From assembly GCF_902459465.1 (NCBI RefSeq), contig NC_047064.1:14942001-15006000 (forward strand): a DNA stretch of 64,000 nucleotides, in the 5' to 3' direction. This DNA comes from Asterias rubens. Taxonomy: Eukaryota. The notes below the pieces were generated by a model. The model was not told the origin of the DNA. It was given only the letters and a program-made list of their open reading frames with translations, and ran no database searches. Position numbers and translations under genes: made by a program. Shown piece by piece: positions 25,401-37,400 of the stretch (position 1 is the first letter of the stretch; the number at the start of each line of letters is the position of its first letter).

Positions 25401-28400
25401 CATAAACTACATAGCAAGACACTAATATCTTTCCAATCGTAACTGTTTTCTTTTGCAGATGTTGCTGTGAAGCCTTTAACCACCAACTTGCGAAGAGGGT
25501 CGATCGTTGATAATCGTCCGATAAACCCGATACGGTTGGATCCAATGATAAGCAGTGTCGATCTGGGTGTGGCTGGAACAGACCTGTGGCAGCTATCGGC
25601 CTATGGAAGTAATAACGACGATGGAGCAGGCACTCGCTACGCTGAGCAATCTCAAATCCTCAACCAGAGACAAACCAATAAGATGCTTCCCCCCGATGGG
25701 GACGAACTTGATTTTGGGCCCATCGACATGAACTTTGACATGACAGGACTTGGCTGTGCTGATGTTAGATTTATCTGCACAACATTGAGTCGAGATCCGA
25801 GGGCGAGTGTTGAGTTTACGCTAGAGCCCCAGCCAGATCAGTCTGCACTGACCAGCTGTCAGCCCTTAGTCTGTGAAGGTAAGCCACATCATTTTGTAAT
25901 AATTTTGTTGTTGTAAAAAAATATGATTTCTTTTGTAATCATGTAGAGTCTTTGTGAGATGGATGTGAAGTTTTATAAGTGAAAGGTATTCTGATCAGTG
26001 CTCTACAATTTCTCCTCTAGGTATTTATGCTGAAAAGCTTGAGTGGACACTTGATACCGCAGAGGTTGTCCTGGGTCAAAAGAGTCCGGTCATCATCCAT
26101 GCAAACGTGACAATGGCCGACTTGGGATCAGACATATCTGGCCAGAAACTTTGGAAGGCCAGTCTCTTTGGCAGTAAAGACCCAAACGGTGAGGGTGATC
26201 GATTCAGCGAGAGTGAACAGATCCTAAACCAAGAAGGTATCAGTCAATCTGCCCAACGAGGATTAACGATGGTCCTTCCGGACAGTTCCACTCTGTTTAA
26301 TGTTGGAGCCATTGGGTGCACTAACTGGAGATACGCCTGTTTAGAATTTGGACAGATCAACAGCCCAAAGCCTCCATTCCACTTTTTCACAGTCGGTGGT
26401 GAGCCAACACTGATCAAATGCCAAGAAAGACCCTGCTCTTCAGGTAAGATAATTTGTAGATTAATTTTTAAGGAGATATTCATTGTTTTCAAACACTAAT
26501 ATGGGACAATTTGACAAATTATTAACATTTGGTTCTTCTTCATCTTCTGCCAGGAATAGATGTTCTTTAGTCACTGACTCAATCTTTGGTTATTAAATTA
26601 ATTTGTGCAGTTTTTTTTTCGTAGTCTTCAAGCGCTACCACTACCTTTTTAGTGTTATCTATCAGACTTACATGGCTATTCTTATTCTGTTCATTTTCCC
26701 TTTAGCTCTAAAACTTAATCCACTGCAAACCTCTATTACATCTGGCTCCGTTGTTGATGGCAGACCGCAAAATCGAATTCAAATGCAAGTGTCAACAGAT
26801 GGTAGTGATGTTGGTGTCGACGGAAACCGTCTGTGGGAACTAGCAGCCTTTGGTAGCAGCAACCCTGATGGATCGGGGACAAAGTACCTTGAGAAACGCC
26901 AGGTTCTTACCCCAGCTCAGGGCGACACTCCTTTGAATCCTGGAGAGCTCCTGGATTTCGAAGTTGTGGACTTTGATCTTGACATGAGAGACAACGGATG
27001 CGGGGAGGTTCAGTATGTATGTGTGGAACTCAGGAAAAATCCGAGAGCATCTGTGGACTTTGTCATCGAGCCTGTACCTGATGAAAGTGCTCTGACAAGT
27101 TGTCAGCCAGTCAAATGTGATGGTAAGTACACTCAACTCTAGCTATAAAGAAGTTCTGCGTGTAAAGAATACTCTTATCTCATTTCTGCTTTTGTGGTTT
27201 TGTGTTTTGTGTTCTCAGGGGAACAAAAGCTCTGGACTCAAATTCATAAAGACTCTTAGCACAAAAAAATCCTTAGCACAAGAAAAATTTCCTTGGCAAA
27301 AATGTTTACCATCCAGAATACAGTTACCATTATAGTCTTTTATACTCGAGTCTTTTCTTGCTTAACTAAGAATTTTTTTGAAGCAGAATATTCAGCTGAA
27401 CAGCTTGATGAAAGTTGGAAGTAGCGATGCTGACATATTACAGCTTGGTCAGTTGATTTTTCTGGCATACTTCATAATACTCATACCCATGTTGTTTGTT
27501 TTGTAGGAGTGTTCTTCAAGTCACTTGAATGGTTGTATGAACATGACACCATCATGCTTGGTGAGGAGACGGACATGACCGTCTTTGCCATCGTTGAGAG
27601 CAAAGAAGCCACCAGAGATGTTGAGGGGGAGGGTCTCTGGCAGTTGAATCTCTTTGCAAGTCGCAGTGACGACGGCGTCGGTGAACGTAACCGCTTACAG
27701 AGACGTATTCTCAAAGAACCAACAGCTAGCCAGCCTCTTGCCGGTGGGACCCCCCTGAATCTCCTCGATGTCAAGGCATCGTTTGATTTGGGTGCGATAG
27801 GATGCGGTGACTATGGGTATCTCTGCCTGGAGTTTGAGAGGGGCCAACGTCCAGAACCAACATTTTACATGTTCACTGAGGCTGGGACAGAAACACTTGT
27901 CAGCTGCAAGCAACGAACATGCCAATCAGGTGAATAAAAAAATTAATTAACATAATTCTTTAAAATACTCCTTTTTTCAGGAGACATCCACATTAGTTTG
28001 AGAATTTATGAACCCCCAAAACTTGCATATCACGGTTTCTCAATTGAATTATACTTATTAGAAATCTTTCTTCTTTCTGAACAGCCATTGGTATATCAGG
28101 CATGGAGTCATCACCTATCTCGGGAGATGTTGTCGAGGGTAGACCAGTAAATCCGTTGATTTTCAACCTCTCGGCCATCCCCGCTCCAGACACATCAGGC
28201 CTCAGTGGCACAAACCTTTGGCAAGTGAGCGTCTTTGGCAGCGACAGCCCAATCGGCGAGGGCCCAGAACTGAATCCCCAGCAGCAAGTTCTCACTGGGG
28301 ATCAGCTTGATTTGGACCTGGAACCAGGAAGCCCCATTGATTTCGGAGCTGTAGGCGTCAGCTATAACATGTTAGGCATTGACTGCGCTTCAATGGGTTA

Positions 28401-31400
28401 TATCTGCGCTAGACTCAGTAAGAACCCTGCTGCGAGTATTGACTACACATTGGAAGGGTCACCAGATGAGAGCGTGTTGGTGGATTGTCAACCAGTGGAT
28501 TGTAGAGGTAAGAAGCTTGAACACAAAGTTCTTATAATTATGTTCAGTTCTTTATGACTTCTGTTTGGAGAGCTTATTTCAACCTGTTAATTGTTATGAA
28601 GCTGTTGCCCAAAAAAATATGCTCTCATAATTGTACCTTTGTTTCTGAAGCAATTGAGCAATTCCATTTGTGTTCCACTCACAGGTGTTTTGGCCGAGGC
28701 AATGAGCTGGGAGTACACTGAAAGAAACACTGTGATCAACCAACCCAGTCCGTTGACAATTGACGCCATTATCTTCACAAACGATAGCCGGCAGTTGTCT
28801 GGTTCTGATCTGTGGCGCTTGGGTCTTTACGGGAGTAGAAACAATAACGGCACAGGCCCACGTCTCAACTACACTGAGCAGATACTGAACGCAAGAGCAG
28901 CTTCAACATCTCTACCCAGCGGGTACCCGTTGTCTCTACGGAGTGTGCAGACTGAGTTTGATATCGGTTCACTTGGATGCTCAGAATTCACCCACATTTG
29001 TGCAGAGTTCACCCAGGGGGAGAATCCATCCCCAGAATTCAAGTTTGAAATTTCTCGGGGAAGGGACGTTATAACTGAATGCATTGAAGTGGAATGTGCC
29101 GCAGGTAAGAACAGACAAAATCCATTCAGTTTGAAATCAAATCTTTGGATAGAATCCATGAATTACCCCTATCAAATTGAGCTTTCAGTAACTCTTTTTT
29201 TTTGTATTCACTCCTACAGATGTCATATTGTCTGGGCTTTCTGCTACAATGTCCGACAACAACGTTGTTGAAGGTTCCGGTAACCTGTTCAGACTTCTTG
29301 TCCGAGCCACGCCTGCCCAAGACTCAAAAGGTGTTGCTGGTACCGGATTGTGGCAGCTTGATTCATATGTCACCCCTGATCCGACATCAGATATCAAGCT
29401 GGCGCCACAGACTCAGATCCTATTAAAACCACAACAAGATCTTATCCTCAGACAAAGATCAATCCTAGACTTTGGGAGCGTCGATTACAAACACGATTTG
29501 ACATCAGTACAGTGCAATGAGATGGGCTATCTATGTGTTGAACTCAGCAAAGGACCCTCACCGAGTGCTACGTTTGATCTGCTAACCGTACCTGAGGGAA
29601 GCATCTTAAAAGCTTGCAATCATTTGGAGTGTAAAGGTGTGAGGGCTAACAGTATTGACTGGTCCTACGAAGCAACCAACGTGGTTCCTGGCGAACAGAC
29701 TCCATTCTCTATTCAAGCCAGTGTCTCAATGGCTGATGGCACGCGGGAACTAAGCGGAGACGGCTTATGGAGGCTTGGTCTCTTCGGAAGTCGGAGTCCA
29801 GATGGGATCGGAGAGAGGCACGACTTCGTTCATCAAACCCTCAACGACGATAAAGCAAGTCAAATGATCGAGTCTGGTAAAAATCTTGGCTTGGCTGACA
29901 TCAATACACAGTTTGATGCTGGTGCTCTGGGATGCACTGACTTCAAGTACGTATGTGTAGAGTTTGCAAAAGGTGACAATGCAGAGCCCGATTTCAGCTT
30001 CACAGTTGCAAATAAAAGAAGTGAATATGCAGAGGAGAAGATAGTTTCCTGCAAACCAGCTCCTTGTGAAGCAAGTAAGTTCTACTTCATTTATTTTATC
30101 AAAAAAAAAGACAAATTTCATACATGTACCCTCTTATAAGCATGATATTATTAAACTAGAAATAGAAGTATTAAATGTAATATTTTATGGGTTTGCTCTT
30201 TCTTTCTCTCTCTCAAAAGGAGCTGAGTTTATCAACTTGAATGCAAATCTCATGGACACCAATCCAATCCTAGAGGATCATCGAGACAATGAGGTCTCCC
30301 TTTCCACTGTAGCTCTAGCTGGTCTCGACAGCAGCTCAGTCATGGGAGAGAACCTCTGGAAACTCAAATCTTACCTCTCCCCTAACCAAGACGGTAGAGG
30401 CAGGAAGTACGCAGCCACCGAGCAAATCTTATCCCCTACCCAGCAGAATGACCCGCTGAAGCCGGCTGGCTCTCTGATCTGGGATGACATGAGCGTGCCG
30501 CTTGACATGTCCGACTTAACTTGTTCCAAGACGCCGTATCTTTGCGTGACTCTGGAGAAGAACACGGACCCTTCAATGGAATTTACAATGCATGGAGTTC
30601 CAAATAATGGTATACTGACTGATTGCGTCGACATCACAAGTAGATGTGAAGGTATGCTGTTCAATTCCATCCATCTTTAATAAAACGTTTAAATAATTAT
30701 ACACTATTGAGAAGAATCCTGCTGTTTACGATAAACGACAACAAAATTGTTACTTTTTATCTTGCACAATTTTTTTTTCTTCTTTTGGACTTGAATAGAG
30801 TATACAAAATATTTATTGCAAGATAATAAAGTGGCTCATATTGCTTCATTCTTTCTGAAAGTTTGAAGGGTTCACTGCACTTCAGCCAACCTCATTAATG
30901 CATTGCACACAACAAGCTCCCACATCATTGTCCAATTAACCATGATGTCATCATTGTTTTTCCTAACACCAGGGGTGGTTGCCACGGGCATTGAATGGAG
31001 CCATGAAGCCAACAACTTCATGGCTGGACAGCCAGCTACTTTGAGCCTCAATGTCGCCATCCCAACCACAGAGGAGAGTCGTGACGTTGACGGCCTGGGG
31101 CTGTGGCGACTTGGCCTCTTTGGCAGTAGACAGGCGGATGGAGGGGGCCAACGATTGGGAAATGTCGACCAGATTTTGAACTCTTACCACCAGGCAAACG
31201 GCCTCAGCGGTGGGAACCCCCTGCAGCTCAGAGATATAACAACTCGATTTGATCTAAGTCAGATTGGGTGCACCGACTATCAATATCTGTGTGTGGAGTT
31301 TGACAAGGGGCAATCGGCTCAACCTGATTTTGCTTATAGAGTGTCGACGGGGGAGAACACGCTGGTTTCCTGCAAGCCACAACCATGTCGAGGTACTTTA

Positions 31401-34400
31401 ATTTTGTTGTTAATCAAGTACATATTATTCTTGTTAACCTTTTTAAATTGTTGGACATTTTTGGTTTGAGTTGATATACTTGGGGACACTTTGAAAGAAA
31501 AACCAAACAAAACAAAACAATAAAGTGACATTCAGGTGAGAGTTGTGGTAACACCTTGTGTAAATCTCTTTTTAGTAGGATTAAACCAACACTCATTCAG
31601 AAATCATTTTCTCAATCTTCATTCATTTCACACCATATTAATATGTTGTTAGCCAAGGTGTCACAAGCAAAGAGTTTGTTTCACTAAAGACTTGACATTC
31701 TGATTTTACTTTTTTTTTGCACAGGTGTTTATCTCACTGGTTTGGTTAGCCAGCCGGGCGTAATGGAACTCCGAGAAGGGAGTACAACAAATGAAATTGA
31801 GTTCTCCTCGGTGGCATCGAGCTCTCCTCTTGGTGGCGGAGTGGAAGGCCTCAATCTCTGGCGGTTGGCTGTCTATGGAAGCAGCCGGCCGGGAGGTAAT
31901 GGCCCCCGATACGGCTTCCAATCCCAAGCCCTGTCAGGTTATCAGAGCAGTATTCCTCTCCGGCACGCAGGAGATAGTCTGGACTTCCGCACCGTCCGAA
32001 CCAACTTGGACATGAGAGGAGTCAGGTGTTCTGATGTGAGACACATCTGTACAGTGCTTAGTAAAGACCCAATGTCGGTGCCACCGTTTCAGTTGATGGC
32101 GATTCCAAGTGAAGAAGTGTTGAAGAGTTGTTTTCCTGTACCAAGACGTGCATGCACAGGTTAGTCCCGAACACTTCTCAGTTTTAATCGTTGAACAATT
32201 ATAAGTGGCTATTGTTCATATATATTGAACAACTGAAGGAAGCTACTCTTCATAAGTTGGAATTAATCTGTGGTAATTTGTGTCGGATTTCAAGTTTTAG
32301 CAAATTCCTCTCTCTTTGTTTTCCTCAGGTCTGGTGTTAAGCAATCTTGATTGGAACATTGACAATGGAAAACTTCTCAACGACCAAGGGAATGATTTTG
32401 ATCTGGATGTCCGAGTGGACTCCCTCCCAGGTGGTGCCCAAGTCACTGGGAGCCGCCTCTGGCGAGTGGGCACCTTCGGAAGTAAAAACGGCGATGGGAC
32501 TGGAGACAGATTAGGCTACCGAGGGCAGATCCTAGATCGGCAGACAGCCTCTACTTCTCTCACCCCAGGCTCCTTCTTGGAAATGGACAACATTCCCACA
32601 TCATTTGATTTCTCTAGGCTCGGCTGCGGGTTAGAGTATCAGTTCTTTTGTGTGGAATTCGCAAAAGGCTACAAGGCTGAACCGGACTTCAGCTTAAAAG
32701 TAGAGAGCGGCAGAGGGAACAGTCTAATCAAATGCAGGGAGGTTGAATGCAAGAAACGTAAGTTTGTGAATTGCTGTTAAAATATTTTTTGTTTAACTTC
32801 CTCCATATTTATAAGATATTGATATTGAAAATAAACCACTTCTTTTCTTCAGTATCTGTTATTATTATAGTATTACTTTTTATCTTGCAGCTGTGGAAAT
32901 TGCACAAGTTAGAGCAGACATTGTAGGAACCAATCCAGCTTTGGTGGAGGGATCCACTTTCAATAGAGTGATGTTCACTTTCGAAGCAACCACAACCCCT
33001 GACAGTGGCTCTGTGTCTGGCGAGAGACTATGGGACTTGTCAATCTTTGGAAGTCAAAACCCTGTTGGTGATGGTGTCAAACATGCCCTTAAATACTCCT
33101 ACAATTTCAATAGATATCAAGAGGCTAAGACGGCCACAGGAGGCGGTGTAATAAATTACGGTTTTGTTGACACCAATTTTGATATGACTGGCTTAGTGTG
33201 TAATGACATCAACTTTATTTGTGCGACACTAAGAAAACATGACAGTCCCTCGCCAGATTTTGAGCTCGTACCGGTACCCGATAATCGTGTCCTGACAGAC
33301 TGCTTTAGAATCAAGTGTGATGGTAAGAAGAATTGACTGAAATTGTTCAATTATTTTTCATTTGAAATACACTAAAATTACCGCTGATTTCACAAGTCTG
33401 TACACAGCAAAGCCTGTTGACATTATCCCCTAGTTGGATTATCAAATGTAAACTAGATCTCAATCGAGTGAACTTAATCAACATATAAATATATTGAATT
33501 CACAACTTCTGTAAAAAGTGTTAAACTTAAATAAATAAATTGTTTTTTCCTTTTTTTTCCTGCAGGTGTGATTGTAGATGGTACTCGGTTAGAGCTGTCA
33601 TCACAAAGTGAAGAGCTTGACCCTGGCGTGAATGAGATGGATTTCTCTGTTTCTGTTGTATCGAGTAACAATGGTGCAGAAGTCGAAGGCAATGACTTGT
33701 GGAGGCTGGAAGTGTTCACGGCTAAAGACAGGGATGGCATTAAGGACAAAACCGTCCTGCAAACTCAGTCTCTGACCCCCAACTTGGCGAGTAGAAATCT
33801 TCGCGCCGGGTCACAGCTGATGTTCACCAATCTTGCGGCGGAGGTGGATCGCAATCTTGTCAACTGCCAAGGGAAAACGTACATTTGTGTTAATTTATAC
33901 CGTGGGGACAGACCCTCTGTTGATTTCAGACTCGAGGGTTCCTCAGACGGGGCTCTCACGAACTGCAAAGAAGTTAGCTGCGCCAAAAAACGTTAGTTAG
34001 TGGAAAAGAGCTACTTTCGAAGAATCTCAGAATATATCTGACACTTTTCCTTCGACTGTTTTTTGTTTACTGTTCTTCTTTCAAAAAGGAAGGTCTTGAC
34101 TGTTCAAATTTACTTCTTTTCTCTGATAATGGATGAAAGAATGTGGTGTAGTGTACAGTGGAATTTTTATGTTTTTTTTTGTGTGCATGGTGTTTAAAGT
34201 GAGATACAAAAGGATTCTTCATGTTGTGTGAGTTACTGCAAGGTTTGTCTGAGGTTTACTTTTCTGCTTTCTGTTTTCTTGTCATTTGTTTGTTGGTCAT
34301 ATCATCTGTATGTCAAATCATTAACCCTCGTTGAGCAATATATCATCACAGCCAACAACACCACTCTACCAAAGAAGTGTCAATTCCCTCAAAAATTACG

Positions 34401-37400
34401 AAGCCAGAGTCTTGGTTAGCATTCTGTTTGACCCTTTTGGATATGTTTTCCCTCCAATATTAACTAGTTCTTTCTATTTTCTTTTTGTTCTCTCCTTCTT
34501 GTGTTGTTACCTGATCGCCTGGATCCTTCTGCCAACAGCTGCCAATAAAATTGTAAGCAATCACTTTCCCTTCTTTTATTGATTTAGCTCTGATACATTT
34601 TAGTGTTTTCCCCATAACTGTCAATATTCTATGCAAACAAGCATTTCTTCACTTCTATAAAATGTTGACTTTTAAAACTGATTTCTTTAACACTCTGACA
34701 ATGATGTTTAGTACATTCTGTTTAGTCGTGGTCTTATCGAAATCATGAATTTTTGATACTACTTTCAAATCCTATTATTTATCGGGATTTTTGTTTTGTT
34801 GTGGCAGTTTGGCGCCAAGGGTGACCGAGGACCAAAAGGAGAGCCTGGAGAGGCCTTCGGAGGCGGTGGCAGCGGGGTGAGTATTTGAGAAGGAGATAAT
34901 TTTTGGAGTAAATCGTTTTTATAAACTGTGTCCAGAATGTTGTTAAAGACTTGTAAAACGATAACCATGTTTTTAAAATAATTTGTTAATGTGTCTTTTC
35001 TTCTCACCTTCATTTACAGTTTGTACCAAGAGCTGGGCCACCAGGAAACCCAGGACCCCCAGGACCATCTGTAAGTATTTATGAGTTTGCATTTTTTGTT
35101 AAAGTATTTTTAATCATTCTTGTTCTGCTTCTTTATTTTTCACATCATTATTGTGTTTGTTTTGTAATCAACTTTGTTTCCCCCCCCCGTGTTTCTCCTT
35201 CTCCATGATAGGGATCTCGTGGTGAGATTGGTGATTCAGGACCATCCGGACCCTATGGACAGAAGGTGAGAATATAAAAATTACAAAAACCTTTTGATTG
35301 GTTTAGAGCACGCCACATGATATGTCTTAGTTTTACTGAAAAGCCGCAGGAGTGTGACATGCCATATCTGAATCAAACAGTTTACTATACCCTTGGCAAC
35401 CAATACATTATACCGATAGCTACTAGTGTACTATATCAATAGCAAATGGTGTATATTTATAGAACACTCCTAGGATCACCTCGTTGTTTTAACCATAGCA
35501 CTGAAAGCATTCAATATTTGTATACTGTCATATTGCCGACCTCTCTATCAATTCAACCTTGTAAAAAATATTTCTTGTTCATCTAAAAAAAAAATCATGT
35601 TTTTCATCCTTTCAGGGAAATGCTGGATCTCGTGGATTGAATGGACTTCCCGGTCAACCTGGACGCGCTGGACCACCAGGACCCCCAGGAACCGTATGTA
35701 CTATTATACATATCCAGTAGTGAATGTTGCAAACTAAACCATTTTTGTTGCTGCTCTCTAAGTTTTGTCTTGAAGTTATACAAAAACGATATCTCATCAG
35801 AAAAGAAATGGTGCATGCACTGAATCCGTTTCAACTGAGAAAGCTGCATTTCCTTTACTTTGATTGTTCTGATTTTATCTGCTTTATGAAGTTTATATAA
35901 AGATGCATTCTGTATAGTGAAAAGTTGATGATGTTATATGAATCATCATATTTTTCACACACACAAAATAATTGTTGGCTTGTTTTTATTTTTGGCGATA
36001 AAAAACACATGATGGTTTTCAACACAAAAGACTGCATGCTTTTTTGTATAATGCCTTTTATTTTAAAGTTTAATTTATGTTCAATTGTTTTTTTTTTTTT
36101 AATCCTTCCCTCCCCATCACAGATTGCCCAGAGTGCCAACATTGGACAACAATCTTACAAGGGAGTCCTCCCAGGAGCCTACCAGTACCCACAAGCCTCC
36201 GTTCAAGTAAGTTCTGGTTATTTCAAAAATCTTCCTTCTTGGAACATTTTTTCGCTCTCCTTGCCCCTCCCCCAACCACATACCTTTGTTAGCAAAAGCA
36301 AAAGCAATGTTCATATTTAAGACTTTCTTCTCTCTGGAACTCCTCTCTGGAAGGAAAACAGTTACAGGCATGTGATTTCTCAGGATTTTTGTTCCTGTTA
36401 TCAAAGTTCTTAAAGCCATGAGCCTTCAAGTTTTCTAAAGAAATCGCTTAAAGCCATTATACACTTTCGGAACAGAAAAAAAAAGTTCACAGATTTACAA
36501 ATTATTTACAGGGTTTACAGAAGGTAATGGTAAAAGACTTCTCTTGAAATATTATTCCATGAAATGCTTTACTTTTATTAAAACAATTATCAATTCTCGA
36601 CATCGAGAATTACTGATTTATAGTAAACACATGTCATGACACAGCGAAACAGGCAGAAACAAGGGTGGGTTTTCCCGTTATTTTCTCCCGACTCCGATGA
36701 CCGATTGAGCCTAAATTTTCACAGGTTTGTTATTTTATATGTAAGTTGTGATACACGAAGTGTGGGCCTTGGACAATACTGTTTACCGAAAGTGTCCACT
36801 GGCTTTAAGAAAGAGGTTCACATTGTATGTAAACCTGTAGTTTTGTACTTCTGTTGATGCATACTTTCTGTTAATTTCCAACATGTTAATATCCCCGCAT
36901 GATATTCTTCCTACTAATGTCTTGTTACCACATTACTACAAAGTAAAATGATTCTCAAAATGCTTTATACTATCGAAAGCTGCTATACTTCTTACCAAGT
37001 AATATTTTATTGCCATTAATGAAAAGTGATTACCAAACAAGTCCCTTCGTTTGTATTCATTTTTTAATATATTGCTGTTTTGACGTTTTTGTTTACAGGG
37101 ACCCCCAGGACCACGTGGTCTTCCAGGTAGCGCAGGAAACCGAGTAAGTTGATGTTAAAACAAATCATAAGGTTTTTAATTCTCGATTCAATAACTATCA
37201 TTTTGTGTGTTGATGATATGTGTTTGGGAAAACATTTGTTGACCATGATTTTTTTAATTTGCATTCTAGGGAGCACAAGGTTTGATGGGACCTGCTGGAC
37301 CTACTGGTGAGCCCGGACCCTCTGTAAGTTGACTCCCCAAGTTGATTATATTTTGAGCAAGTCTCTAGTGTATCTTAAATAAAATACAACTTGATGGAAG

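Noticed and set aside
20513-33996. Treating each SURF ORF as a separate small gene in a tandem cluster
   Set aside because: Homology stops exactly at AG/GT sites, all exons share phase 1, and none has its own start or signal peptide.
34351-34376. Alternative bridging microexon after ATCACAG (PTTPLYQR-like)
   Set aside because: The donor is weak (GTGTCA) and the length does not give the required phase 1 to 0 conversion.
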